Positions 12,263 to 25,299 are shown, counted from the first letter of the stretch. The stretch: DNA of 49,602 nucleotides from Spirogloea muscicola (GCA_009602725.1 WELB01000030.1:840809-890410); one strand, 5' to 3'. Numbers and translations are program-made. Notes: generated by a model not told the origin, from the sequence alone.

Positions 12263-12750
12263 GGACCTTGTCAACTATTCTCGGTGTGGCTGTTCACAGC
12301 TCTCGCCCCCCCTCGCCCCCTTAGGGTCTAAGGTTCTTAAACCCTGAACCCCGTTATAAGTTATGTAGGTCTTCAGATGTTGCTTGCCTTCGTACTTGCA
12401 GCGTGCTGCGTGCTGCGTGCGAGCTGCGTGCTCAGGCTCAGGCTAATGCTTTGCACCAGAAAGCTGGGCGAGCTCTGCTTGGTGGCAGAAGGGCTTCGCA
12501 TCTGCCATCTAGAACTCAGGCATCAATTAGCGACCTCTATGTATTGACCCGTGGTTACTGAGCGGGTCAATCTGCTGTAGGCGATGTACGTCTTTAGAGG
12601 TGCTTGCCTTTGTACTTGGCCGTTTGGCCTTTGTTTGTTTCGATTACACGATCATCCCCCTTGATGGAGCAACTGTCAATGTGCTTGCCTTTGTACTTAG
12701 CCACTCAGGCCCCTCCATCAGTTCATACACACTCAATTCCCCCATTGGCG

Positions 12751-12882
12751 TCACACTGTTACCTTAGCCACCTTAGCGTAAGGCTTTGTTTTATGTAGCC
12801 TATTTGCACTAGTTTCTGCCTGAACAATATCTTGGGTGAATTGGCCTCGCTTACATTTCATGCGCACCGCGCGCCTGCTCGC
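12751..12882 (+). repeat. Extended copy of the dispersed repeat family (core plus subterminal block)
   Basis: TCACACTGTTACCTTAGCCACCTTAGC at 12751 matches the reverse complement of ~5131-5158. It is followed by the core ending TTTCATGCGCACCGCGCGCCTGCTC. Confidence 0.85.
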
Positions 12883-12942
12883 TTTGGAAGAGCAACTTTA
12901 AACTGGCCCAGTCGAAGCCACATTGAGATTAAGCTCTTCTTA

Positions 12943-12946
12943 CGGC

Positions 12947-12995
<49 letters not shown>
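12943..12995 (+). repeat. (GGC)n microsatellite just upstream of the GCP1 ATG
   Basis: About 17 consecutive GGC/CGG units are directly visible. Confidence 0.9.
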
Positions 12996-12996
<1 letters not shown>

Positions 12997-13022
12997 CGCC
13001 TGGTGCGTGTGTGTGCGAGTCC

Positions 13023-16000
13023 ATGAGGCACGCGGGCTGCGTTCTGCCGCCAGTCGGCCGCTGGATGCTGGCGGCTGCGCGCACAAGAGGCGGCGGCAGC
13101 GGCGGTGGCGGCAGATGCTGGCTCCTTCTCCAGCCGGCCACGCCCGGCTCGCCGTGCGCTAGCAGGCCCGCTGCCGCCGCTCTCCGGGCTTCCAGCTCCC
13201 ATCCCGGAGGCCGCGGAGGCGGCTTGCAGGCCTCGGCAGGCCGTTGCGGCCCATGGAGAAGGCGGTGGGGTGGTAGCGCAGGTGACGCCTCCGTTGCTGG
13301 CGGAAGCGTCGCTGCTCACGCCGGCGCGCTATCGGCGGGGCCCCACTTTGTTCTGGGCATAGAGACGAGCTGCGACGAGACCGGCGCGGCCGTCGTAAGC
13401 CCTGCACCCGTCAGTGACAGCTGAATGTAACGAGGCAATCGTCATAAGCTGCCGATGGCCTCATGCAGTCCGCCTCTACCGTGCGACTCTTGATGTTGGC
13501 TCCACCGGCCTCTGCTTTCATGGATGTCACGAAGCATGGCGGCCTCAGCCTGCCAATACTTAAGGCTGCTGGCAATGGACCACTGCTGGCCACTAGCCTG
13601 CAGCTCAGCCTCCCAAGTGCCTGCCTTGGCGTCTTCTAGGTCAGCACTGACGGCACAGTACTTGGCGAAGCCCTTGCCTCTCAGGTGAGCATCCCACCAG
13701 GACCTGTCTCTTGTGAGTTATCGCGCGGGGATGATACAGTGGCGCCAGGACATTGGCGCATGCCTCGTCACGACGGGCACACGCGAGCAACTTCTCATGC
13801 GTCAATTTGAGAGTGGCAGGTGGAGTTGCATGCCCTGTGGGGCGGGGTAGTCCCCAAGCTCGCGCAGGACGAGCACGTCAAAGTCATCGATTCGGTCAGT
13901 AAGCTTGCATCTGCACATTCCGAAGGAAGCCCTACTAGAGAATAGGGTTTGGGGTCAGAGCATTCAGTGTTGATGGAATAGGATTTCAGCATACTCCCTT
14001 CTTGCGAGTGAGTTACATCTGTGGTTCTGTACTGAGAGCTCAATGGGGTGGTATGGCTGAAACCTGAGGCAGTTAGCTCGCTTCTGTGAATTCTATCTGA
14101 CCTTATCAACAAGCAAGAATGATAGTGACAGCTACATCGACCTTGAGGACACTGTGGAGCTCCTCAGTTTTTTTGGAGGATGGAAAGATCTCATCGCAGC
14201 TCCTTCCATTGTGCAATGCAGGTGGTACAGGAAGCCTTGGCTGCCGCCGGAGTGACACCAGCAGAGCTCTCTGCAGTTGCCGTGACTATAGGCCCTGGCC
14301 TCAGCATATGCCTTCGCGGTATGCTGCATGAGAGGGGCCCTTGCAAGCCTTTCCTTCTTCTAAGCTTGCCCGAACGCAATCAGAGTTGCTTAGTGAAAGC
14401 AGACATGGAGACGTGCAAGATGGCCTGATAGGAGACATACAGTACTCAAGGCCACGTCAACTCATAGGCACAAGAAAGAATGGAGAGTCGGGTGTCTCTG
14501 ACCTGAGGATGTCCAGAGCTTCACAGGCGGCTGCTCTGGCGCTTCTGAGAGTGCACCCCTTGCGCTTCTGCAGTCGGTGTCACCAAGGCCAGAGCCATCG
14601 CCAAGGAGCACCAGATACCCGTCATCAACGTACACCACATGGAGGCCCATGCATTGGTGGCAAGGTGCTTCACCTGCTCTTGCTTCTTGAGCTGGCCTGC
14701 CAAGTCCATGATAGCCGCTCATTGCAGATTCAATTTCAGTGCCACTTTGGTCTGTGGTAGTCAAGCAGCCTTTGTGGTTCACAAGTCACTTCTTCCTGGC
14801 AAGTCGGGGCATCCTATGGACCATGCAGGAAAGGCCTAAACCCTAAGCCCTAAACCCTTCTGCACCATATAAGCCTGGCAAAGCTTGACATACCTGAACG
14901 GGTTTGTCTGCAGCAAGGCATGTGACTTCAGAATGTCAAACCTGCACCCTGTGCTTGCAGATTGAGCGACAAAGATGTGGGCTTCCCTTTCGTCACACTG
15001 CTTGTTTCAGGTGAAGCCCACATACCTTTGAGATGCTTCACCACTAGAAAGCCAGCGAGTGCTGTGATGCAGGTTTGCAAGCTCAAGGAGACCCAGACGT
15101 TTGTGATGAGAAGAGCATGTGCTGGCAGGTGGTCACAACCTGCTGCTGTTGGCTCACGGACTAGGTAGATATACCGAGTTGGGGACGACCTTGGATGATG
15201 CCCTTGGCGAGGTGGGTAATCTGAGCGTCTTTATATTGATAATAAGTGAATGATATTGAACAGGGCTTCTCTATGCGTATTATATAGTAAGGTCCTTCAT
15301 AGACCATAGGCTTGCCGCTCAAGCAGACCTCAGCAGCATTCTAAGGGTCATCGAGTGAAAGGGCCTAAATGTAGTTATGCATAAGTCAGGCAGTACAAAT
15401 GACTTCTACAATAGTTGTTGAGGGTGCTCCTCTAGTGCAAACACGTCAACAAAGAGGATTTTTCTCTGCAGGCGTACGACAAAACAGCCAGACTGCTGGG
15501 GCTGGACCTGAGCCGGGGAGGAGGGCCTGCGCTGGAGAGCCTGGCCTTGGAAGGAGATCCTTACAGCTTTCGCTTCACGGTGACTTCCTGAGCTCCCCAG
15601 CAAATGCGCAGGCAGTCTCGCGCAACTGCGCTTCAGTTGGCAGAGAGGCCACACTTGTAGGAGCTACTCAGCTGGTGCTTGATCACTCTGGTGCTCTTCA
15701 GGTCCCCATGAAGCACACAAGGAGCAGCAATTTCTCTTACGCAGGCCTGAAGACGCAGGTGCGGATGGCCATCGACGCCCACGCTCCGTTAGTATTTTCA
15801 AGCCTGGGACATACTTGCCAAGTTTCCTGATGCCACCACGCTAGCAGCATCTAGGTGCCGTTTCACCTTACGACTTCTGTGCTTTTGTGTGTATGTTACA
15901 ATGCTAATACGTAGCACATGGCTGCAAGTGGCTCGCTGCATGACCGTTGCCTGACAAAGATTTTGACTTGCAGGGGGGCTGAATCAAAGCCTCTGTCACA

Positions 16001-17298
16001 GGCGTCCACTGAGGAAAGGGTAGTGCGAGCCAACATAGCTGCCTCCTTCCAGGTGAAGCACAGTTGTAGTGGTTGTGCAAGGGAATTTCATGTAGTGGTC
16101 GTGCAAGGGAATGTTATAGATGACATGACCTTATAGTATAGGAAACTGATGGCTGCTTAAATGTCAAATGCATTGAAGTCTTTGGGGTCCTTCGTCATCA
16201 ATTGTGGGTTGCGCTTTGTCTCCTTGTTGTTTAGCTGCAGAATATATCTTTGACTCAGAAGTGATCAGATGACATGCTCTGTTCCATTTCTCTTCTCTGT
16301 GTCCAGAGAGTGGCTTTGGAACATTTGGAGATGAAGACAAAAAGGGCTGTAGAGCAAGCACGAGATATGTCGCCGTCAGTCAAATGCCTGGTCAGGCTAA
16401 GGTCCCTCTAAATTGCTCCATCTTAGTTGGCTGGCTGTAATAGAGTAGGCTCTGCTCAGTAACAATGTGCACTTGAGTCAACATGAAGTGGAATACACAG
16501 TATCATACAGTTGTCAGCATAGTGACAAGGCAATAGACTCTAGCTAATATCTGTGGCCTCGGGTTCCTCATGAGGACTCAACATAGGCCCCACACTGAAC
16601 AGAATGTGCAAGTTGGAATGTGGAAGGTGGTGGCTGGAGGTGTGGCGGCCAACAAGGAGTTGCGAAGGCGTTTTCACCAGCTGTCAGAGGAGGCGGGCCT
16701 GCGGCTGGTCTGCCCCCCGCCCAAGTTGTGTACAGACAATGGTGTGCTCTTCACTCAAGATACAAGCCACAGCATCATGCATTACTACTTTTCAGCAGCC
16801 GAATCACCACACTTTTACACTTAGAGGGAGGAGGATTCATAAGAGCTGATTGTAGATTCTGGTGTTGCAGGTGTGATGGTAGCTTGGGCCGGGGCTGAGT
16901 ATCTTACTCTGGGAGCTTTTGAGCCTCCACCACCTCTTGATGAGCGCGAGGACTTTCGGGTAAGCCCCATTGAGCAACAGGCAGGTCGTCGATACTGTCC
17001 TACGTGCAGCATCACAGCCCAGAAGCAAGACACTAGCAAGTCTACGAGCAAGATTGTGTAGTTACCCATTGCTCCGATGGTCACTGGAGGTGTAACCAGT
17101 GACTGGACTGAAGTATGCCATGTATGCAACTGAAGGGTGGGTAATTATTAAGCATGTGCACCTCTGCGCTTATGATTGCAGGTAGACCTGAGGGCTCGTT
17201 GGCCATTGGGTGAGAAGCTTGTTGATGATAGATCGATAAGGTCACAGAAAAAGCGGGATGTGTATCCTTCTCTTACCTCTCTCACTATCTTAAGCTGA
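13023..17298 (+). CDS. GCP1: tRNA N6-adenosine threonylcarbamoyltransferase, organellar (TsaD/Qri7/OSGEPL1/GCP1)
   Basis: VLGIETSCDETGAAVV, WGGVVPKLAQDEH, VAVTIGPGL, metal-binding VHHMEAHAL, LLVSGGH, GTTLDDALGEAYDK, FSYAGLKT, VVAGGVAAN and LCTDNGVMVAWAG. The plant-type C-terminus is DLRARWPLGE..PSLTSL, with stop at 17296-17298. Confidence 0.93.
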
Positions 17299-17911
17299 TG
17301 CCCGTGGAAGATAGCGACATCAGCTGATGGTCATGGGCTCAGCACTAGTTTCCTCGATCTATCTGCTTTACTGTCAATTTAGTCACTATGTGCTTTACCG
17401 CTTTTCTGGCCCCTTCGAAAGCTGTTCAGTTCGTTTTGCCTGGGCTGGCCAATCACAGCTATCGCCCCTCACTGGAAGAGTCTTCCTTCTTTTACTGTCA
17501 GGTGTTGGAGAAATTGATCATCAACTTCTCCAACACACACTTGACCTCTCAGGAGTCCTTTGTTGAGGGCCTTACGATTGTCAAGTGCTTTTTGTAAAGC
17601 AGCAGTGCAATTGCTCATTGTCCTTGTGAAGATACTGCAGCAAATACGTTTGGCTCCACGGCACCAGATCATTCACTATTCTGACCAACATCGCACTTTC
17701 GGCAGCTTTTGTTATCGAGAGCAAATTTGAGGACAATTCGAACCCCTCAAGCGCTGGCTGACCTGCATGACCTGCAACCTCACCTATAAAATCCACAATT
17801 GTGGGTTTGAAAACACGACAAGTCAACCTGTTTCAGTTGATGGCACCCTGTGCCACATAAGCACGTGACGTTCCTGGGGGTCAAAGTTGGGGCCACAGTA
17901 ATATCTTGTTG

Positions 17912-19016
17912 TCAGCATCCCACTCTGTCTCGGGGAATCAATCGCAAGTCTGAACCGTGCTTCAAAAAGACGTTCCCGGCACTCTGCTGAGGATTGATGC
18001 CCACTCCATCTGCGACCAGAATTGTAGGTGTGGCAGGACATTCTATCAGCAGAGGCGCCTGGTTCTGACCTTGTCACGATAGTCTAAGAAACCCACGGCA
18101 ATAAAGCTGAAGCACAGAACTTGCTTGTGAGACACATTCTGTGAGCCACATTGATGACCTTGTCACACGAACCTAGGACAAGCTGTAGTGTTTGGAGCTC
18201 TGAAGACTTCAGGAGCTGCTGGCTCACCATTGGTGATGATGGCGCTGGTCTGCGGTGGCACCTTGAACTCCTCAGCCGCGAACTTGAGTACGGCCGTGAA
18301 GGGTGCCTCCTCGGGCACGTTAAAGCTGCGCTCAGAGACCGCTTGTAGCAGTCAGCCTGCGCTGTCGGCAGCAAGGCTGGCCGACGACACATGCTCGACA
18401 TCTGGCCCCTGATACGAAAGCGAGCTCCGACTGGTGCTTCCGCATGCACACCGTCTTCATGCGCTCAGGGAGGGCCGCAGGAGGCTCTGGCCGCCATGCG
18501 CGCTCGCACCAATGCACCCTTGCTTCCAAGTACGGGCTACATGACTAGGCTGAGTGGCAAATGGGTGCACAACTGGGTGCTGTCGAGAGGGCAGGGACGG
18601 GCCGGAGGCGGCCATGAAAGAGGGTCCGGAGCTCTCACACTTTGTAGGGCAGCTTGGGGTCGGACGTGAGCGTGACCTTGAACGACACCTTCCCGCCGGA
18701 CCTGCGGCCAGCCAGCGCTCCACGCCGCGCAGGCAGTCAGGCGGGCCGGGCTGCGCTGAGCGCCGTCAGCACGGCAGCTCGCTCCTTGTGCGCGAGCGCT
18801 TCTGAGCTTGGGAACGACGGCCTCGTCGTGACCAGGCCTTGCAGTGTAGCTCGGACCCCGAGCCCCGAGCCCTGTGAGGCTTCGGCCGCAGCAGAGGGCC
18901 CCGACCAGCCGGCCCCCGCTCGGGCCCGAGCGCGCCGGAGATGGCCAGGCGGCGGGCAGCCCGGCGCAGGCGGCGGCACAGGCTGAGGAAGGCGGCGGCG
19001 GGTCGAGCTCGTACAT
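17912..19016 (-). CDS. UFM1: Ubiquitin-fold modifier 1 (4 exons)
   Basis: The spliced translation is [86 protein letters not shown]. The ATG appears split AT|G by intron 18702-19014. Confidence 0.95.
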
Positions 19017-19497
19017 GATCAAGGCGACGCAGCCCGACGGCGGCGGCGGCGACGGCGGCGGCTGCGGCTGCGGCGGCAGCGGCGGTGCTGGCGGAGGNNN
19101 NNNNNNNNNNNNNNNNNNNNNNNNNNNNNNNNNNNNNNNNNNNNNNNNNNNNNNNNNNNNNNNNNNNNNNNNNNNNNNNNNNNNNNNNNNNNNNNNNNNN
19201 NNNNNNNNNNNNNNNNNNNNNNNNNNNNNNNNNNNNNNNNNNNNNNNNNNNNNNNNNNNNNNNNNNNNNNNNNNNNNNNNNNNNNNNNNNNNNNNNNNNN
19301 NNNNNNNNNNNNNNNNNNNNNNNNNNNNNNNNNNNNNNNNNNNNNNNNNNNNNNNNNNNNNNNNNNNNNNNNNNNNNNNNNNNNNNNNNNNNNNNNNNNN
19401 NNNNNNNNNNNNNNNNNNNNNNNNNNNNNNNNNNNNNNNNNNNNNNNNNNNNNNNNNNNNNNNNNNNNNNNNNNNNNNNNNNNNNNNNNNNNNNNNN

Positions 19498-22400
19498 GCG
19501 CCCGCCGCCGCCGCTGGCGGGCGCCGGCAGCTGGCGCGGCGGCGAGGCGTGGGCGGTGATGCTGGTGGCGTTCGTGGTCGTGGCGAGCTTCACGGCCTTC
19601 GGCCTCCTGCACGTCGTCCACCTGCTCGACAGCCACCGCCTGCCGCAGCCGCGCTTTGGCGCTCTCGCGTCCGCCTCCGCCGACGAGGCGGACCCCCCCG
19701 CAGGTTCGCCGCCGCGCCCATGGCGTGCAGGGCTCGGCCGCTTCTGGCGCAGACGTGCGGTCGTGTCGGAGGCGCTCGCGTGCGCCGTGCTCTGACACCC
19801 AGCACGCCGCCGCGTCGCCGCTTGCGCAGCGAGGCAGCAGCTCGTGGCGGTGGGAGACCTCCACGGGGACTACCGGAACGGGCTGGCCAGCCTCCAGCTC
19901 ACGTGAGCTCACCAGCGGCTCGTCTGCGCGTTGCTAGACGAGCCCTGCTCTTGCGCTCTGCCTCCTGACGATCCGCTGTAATCGTTGGCCTTCAAATCCG
20001 GGGCAGAAGCAATCAGTGAACTGAGATCCTCAATACGAGCCGCCGGCCTATGTTCACATACGCTTGGCTAAGCCAGAGGCTGCACGTCAAATCGAATGCA
20101 GGGGTGCTGTTGATCGTGAAGGCCACTGGCAAGGCGGAGCTTCCGTGCTCATCCAGACAGGCAGGCTCACGCAGGCCTGCTCCTCTAGCTAAGCTGCATA
20201 ATTGAGCTGAATGGCAGCTGGTTGATGAACTCACTGCCTGTAAAGCGGTAATGCTGGGTGCTGATTTGGCAACCCTGCTGTTGGCAGGCGACATCATGGA
20301 CAGGGGCCCGCACAGCTTGAAGCTCCTCCAACTCATGGACACGCTCAAGCAAGAGGCAGCGGCTGCTGGAGGACGTGTGGTGACTCTGCTGGTACTCATC
20401 TCAACATGGTCGTTGTTGTAAGTGCTAGTCCAATACAGACAATGCAAGTTTCACTGACAACCTGGACACATCGAGTCGGGAACTTACTGGGTCCACAGGT
20501 CCGCCATTGCACAGGGTAACCATGAGGTGATGAATATTGAGGGCAACAACGACTACGTCAGCAGGACGGAGCTGGAAGAGGTACGTGTGCTGAGATGTGG
20601 GATGAACCCTGCTGCCTTTTGGAGCCCTTCTGGGCCCTTCCACAATCAACCATGTCTATGCAGCCCTGCCCAGCCTTCTCAAGGCTGGTCCATTCATGCC
20701 TCTGTTCACTTTGGAGCACACTTCTCCCCTCGTTACCGTGTCCGCCTTTCCCTTTCCCCTTCTCTAACCCTCTCTCTCCTTTGGCTTTCTCCTCATCCTC
20801 CCCTATGGCTACCTCTCCTTACCCCACTGGCTCTTAACTTCTCCCTTTGCACCTCAGAGTCCGTTTCTCTCTGAGCAGCCTGCCTACAGAATTTGTGATG
20901 ACTTTGATCCGCATGGCTTCCTGCTAGCGGCACAACCAAGGCCCAAGACTGGCTCAGTACAGAAATGCCTGTGTCCTGAAAACATGGGAGATGCATGTAC
21001 TTTCAGTACGGAGAGAGGAGATGGCTCGACGACTTCTCCAGCCATGGGGTATTTGGGCGCCGATTAGCACGTCTACCAGCTGCAGTCATGGCTGGGGAGG
21101 GACTGTGCAGCACGCTTTTCGTGCATGCTGGTATGTCTCAAGCTGGCATTGAGCAGTGATCCCTGTTCACTACAGCCTGCGCTTCTGCTCTGCCTGACTG
21201 GCTGCCTCGACACGGCACGTCATTGTTTGCCTTGCAGCAGTAGGAGGTTTCCTTGACACAATTCTCTCATGGCACGGGTCATCTATCCCTGGCTGCTCAC
21301 TCAGGTATCATGCCCGAGCACATTCGGTCCGGTGTGGCCGCGTTGAACAAAGACGTGCTTGACTGTAATGTCGGCAATAGGAGTGCGTCCAGGCTCTCCT
21401 GCTCCCGACTGCTGGGAGAGAGCGGTGAGATCCTCAGGCCTACCCACCAAGGTCCACTTAGCAGTGAGGTACATTGAGCAATGGTTGGGTATTGTGGTCA
21501 TTCCAACCACAGCTTGCTGCAATTCTGTTGGCAGGATCCTTTGTCGGCGTGCGTCACTGCACGCAAGACTGAATCTCTTGGGCAGTGGACCAGTGTTGCC
21601 CTGCCAACCTGCTACTCCTGTGGCACGCGCAGGTCCCCTTTGGCAGCGGGCCTACGCCAGGCAGTCCGAAGCAGAGGTTCATCGTTGACACCACCCTGAG
21701 AACAAATGCGAGATTGTATCCTATGTTCAGGCTCTTTCTGCAAGTGTGTAGACATAGGTGTTACACTCATGTTTCTGTCAGGACGGCCCCGATATTGAAG
21801 CAAGCGCTCGTGCCTCTTGCACTTTGGTGCTGCCTGCTCGCAGGTCTGTCCACGACTGCACCAGGTTCTGGCATTGGTCAAGGCGACCAGGATGGTGGTG
21901 AGGACATTGCTGGCAGTGGCCCCATGATTGCATGGATCGTCACTGAAAGCACAGTTGCATGCATCATGTATCGGCTTTGTCACAGCTCAACTTACGTGGC
22001 GCCATGCTCCGCCGGCCCCCAGGTCGGCCACACCCCCCAGAAGGAGGGCATCAGGACAAGGTGCGCCGCCTCTTTCATGCAAGCGGGAGCCCCTTGACAC
22101 AGTAGGCCACGTGTGTGGTCTTGCATCTACGCTGTCGTGTCGCCTGGCACATGAGCCCGCTCGCACCAAGCGCACTTCAATGTCACTGACGACTGTCTTG
22201 CCACCAGGGGGCCGCCATTCTATGAGGTCGTTGCTTTGATCAGAGATGGGCAGCGACAGCTTGCAGCCTCTCTCTCTCCTGGCCACAGAAATCGGGGTAT
22301 CCCTCACTTGGTTCCTGACGACCGGCCTGCCCAGCAACTGCAGGTGTGGAGGGGCGCTGGCGATCATCGATGCGGGCATCTGCGAGCGCTACTTCAATCG

Positions 22401-22527
22401 GTCAGCGGCATGGGAATGCCGGCCGGCTTCTGGCGAGGCCTTCGCGCTGTCCTCTAGAGGGCAGCAGCTGCTACCCCGGTCATGGGACCGGAGACACAAG
22501 GCCGCCCAGGATGGCGGCGACGGATGA
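19498..22527 (+). CDS. Shewanella-like (Shelph/SLP) PPP-family metallophosphoesterase with N-terminal transmembrane segment; 5' end in or at the gap
   Basis: Spliced motifs are VAVGDLHGD, LIQTG|DIMDRGP, LLGNHEVMN, TLFVHAG, GPLWQRAY, RMVVGHTPQ and IIDAGI. A hydrophobic stretch AWAVMLVAFVVVASFTAFGLLHVV precedes the domain. Confidence 0.88.
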
Positions 22528-22907
22528 CGACACGGCTCAGTGGTGCTATCCGCTGACTGCAGTCGCAGTCGCAGCTGTGCGTCCAGGGGGCATCCTGTGC
22601 TGTCCCAGAGCGCCCATCGGCGGCGGCTGCAAGAGCACGACTGGGAGGGAGGGTGAGCATGGCAGCAGGTTGCCGCGCTTGGCGGGACGAGTGGGAAGGG
22701 TTCGGGCTGTTGGGGTCGAGGTAGTCAGCGGTCATGGGTGGGGGATTTCGGGCAGTCGTAGAATGCATAACCAAGTTCCGCCAACTCTACGTTCCAGTAA
22801 GCCCTCCATCACACTTCTGCCTGCTCCAAATCCAAGCCCCCCTTCCCTTCTTCCCTCCTTTGCCTCCCTTCTTCCCTTGCGCTTCCCTTGCCTGGCCGGC
22901 CCTGCAG

Positions 22908-23740
22908 CCGAGGTGGAGGAAGGCTCCTTGGCATTCCAAGTACAACTGAGGAGCATCCGGGAGTCAGCACTCGGCTCCTTCCCGTCCCTACAACCCCTCC
23001 TCACCCCCTTCTCAGCGCTTGCTCAAGCACCAGACAAAGCGACACAGGCCAGACTCGTTGCGGCAGTTGAGGACGAGCGTCGCAAGGCGTTGAGGACGAT
23101 GCCGGATATCAAGACCAATCCAAGGAGTCTGGCACGTCTCACATCGCTCGCAACGGCTGGGGCAACGGATTGGCTCACCACACACGCAATCCACAACGCT
23201 TTCAAAATCAGCCCTGAAGCATTCCGGACGCTTCTCCAGCTGTCCCTGGGCCTGCCCCCGACCTGCCTGATTGGAGTAACTCAGTGTGAGTGTGGCTTCC
23301 GTACGGAGGGCGGAGACCTAGCCACCCACATGCTGCGGTGTCCCACAGGCCCTGAGGTGGTGGGCGTCCACAATCTCCTACGGGACGCCCTGGCGGGCTT
23401 GATGCGCGACGCCGGCTACCGCGCCATCGTTGAAGTGAGCGATATAATGCCCATCACCACGGATTCCCAGGGAGGCCATCACCGTCGCACCCTGGACATT
23501 GTGGGTGTACATCCTGGCGGAGGCCCACGAGCTTTGGTTGATGTGGTGGTGACTGAGGCATACAAGAGTTCCGCTTCCACACACATTGCTGGCCACGCAG
23601 TGGGAGGTGCTGAGCAGAAAAAGCTCCGACACTACTCAGACTACCCCCGCAGTGACCACCTCCTCCCGGCCGCAATCGACACTTTCGGCTGCTTGGGTCC
23701 TCGCTTCCATACCCTACTCGAGAACATAGCGAGTCTGGGA
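22908..23740 (+). mobile_element. 5'-truncated non-LTR retrotransposon fragment (CRE/R2-like; post-RT region, CCHC knuckle, restriction-like endonuclease); 3' end in gap
   Basis: ARLTSLATAGATDWL..FRTLLQLSLGLP..CECG..HMLRC..HNLLRD..RTLDIV..LVDVVV..AEQKKLRHY..LLPAAIDTFGCLG. This is the typical order of C-terminal motifs in RLE-bearing elements. No RT core is seen upstream and there are no introns. Confidence 0.8.
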
Positions 23741-24400
23741 NNNNNNNNNNNNNNNNNNNNNNNNNNNNNNNNNNNNNNNNNNNNNNNNNNNNNNNNNNNN
23801 NNNNNNNNNNNNNNNNNNNNNNNNNNNNNNNNNNNNNNNNNNNNNNNNNNNNNNNNNNNNNNNNNNNNNNNNNNNNNNNNNNNNNNNNNNNNNNNNNNNN
23901 NNNNNNNNNNNNNNNNNNNNNNNNNNNNNNNNNNNNNNNNNNNNNNNNNNNNNNNNNNNNNNNNNNNNNNNNNNNNNNNNNNNNNNNNNNNNNNNNNNNN
24001 NNNNNNNNNNNNNNNNNNNNNNNNNNNNNNNNNNNNNNNNNNNNNNNNNNNNNNNNNNNNNNNNNNNNNNNNNNNNNNNNNNNNNNNNNNNNNNNNNNNN
24101 NNNNNNNNNNNNNNNNNNNNNNNNNNNNNNNNNNNNNNNNNNNNNNNNNNNNNNNNNNNNNNNNNNNNNNNNNNNNNNNNNNNNNNNNNNNNNNNNNNNN
24201 NNNNNNNNNNNNNNNNNNNNNNNNNNNNNNNNNNNNNNNNNNNNNNNNNNNNNNNNNNNNNNNNNNNNNNNNNNNNNNNNNNNNNNNNNNNNNNNNNNNN
24301 NNNNNNNNNNNNNNNNNNNNNNNNNNNNNNNNNNNNNNNNNNNNNNNNNNNNNNNNNNNNNNNNNNNNNNNNNNNNNNNNNNNNNNNNNNNNNNNNNNNN

Positions 24401-24442
<42 letters not shown>

Positions 24443-24517
24443 TGCTGCTGCCGCCGCCCGCGCTACTGGCCCAGAGCGGTGACACGAGCTCCACCTTCCG
24501 CGCGGCCGGGCTCTCAG

Positions 24518-24984
24518 ACGTGCTGCACCGTATCGGGCTGAGCCACCTGCACAAGCGGGAGGAGATCCTGGCGGCGGAGCACAAGCTGGAGGCGCTGGAA
24601 GGCGCCGTGGGCCTGCACACGCTCCACTCCGCCGGCGACGGCGACCAGTGAGTGTCGCCCGCGCTGGCGCTGTGTCTGGTCGTTAGATCGAGACGAGCAG
24701 GGCCAGGCCGAGGCGCCGGGCTTCCGTGCCGGAAAGCCAGCTACTAGTCTGCTCAAGCGGGCGCTGCCGTGCGTCTCGGTCGCAGCAGGACGGAGAGCAC
24801 GGGGGCGACCGCCGTGGCCCAGGCTGACGCGTCATCCCCAGGGCGGGATGCCCTGTCGTCAGGCGGAGCGCTGGCGCTCGCCATCCTCTGCAACAAGGCC
24901 CTCTTCCCGATCAGGGCGCCCTTCACTCTCGCCGTCACCCCCACTGTGTCTCGGTACCTCAACCGACTGCGGAGGATAACGTGA
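24518..24984 (+). CDS. DUF1279/FAM210-family membrane protein, 3' part (5' exons presumably in the gap)
   Basis: Exon DVLHRIGL... is followed by a GTGAGT donor at ~24648. The last exon reads GGALALAILCNKALFPIRAPFTLAVTPTVSRYLNRLRRIT*, matching the plant DUF1279 C-terminal motif. Confidence 0.72.
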
Positions 24985-25299
24985 CAGCCCCCTTGCCTGC
25001 CCTCAGCCCACTGCTCACCTTTCTTGCTGCCCCTTCGTCTCCCTCGGTGACTCTCACTGCAGCTGCCCTCTCAGAACCTGCGGTCGAGCTGCCCTTGGTC
25101 CTCTTTGTACACTACAGTCTTGGGTGTTGCCAGTGTTGCCTCCATCACACCAGAGCCCTGCTGTGTACCGTACTGGCAAAGTGGGTTTCAGTTGATACCT
25201 GTTGTGTAAACAGATTGCAGATGTCATTTATACTCCAAGCACTTGAAGCCCAGGGAGGCTATAGTGATCATCATAGTCATGATTGTGCTAAAGAATGTG

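Noticed and set aside
12361..12710. Spaced ~21-bp direct repeats resembling a CRISPR array
   Set aside because: The context is eukaryotic, spacing is irregular (220 and 81 nt), the repeats are degenerate, and no cas genes are present.
12948..13022. Poly-Ala N-terminal extension of GCP1 from a GTG start
   Set aside because: It derives from the (GGC)n microsatellite. The first in-frame ATG is at 13023.
20741..20870. Long CT-rich tract
   Set aside because: Low-complexity intron sequence of the SLP gene.
22346..24541. 731-aa ORF in the track
   Set aside because: An artefact: it runs through 660 Ns and overlaps the last SLP exon in another frame. Only ~22908-23740 has recognisable (retroelement) motifs.
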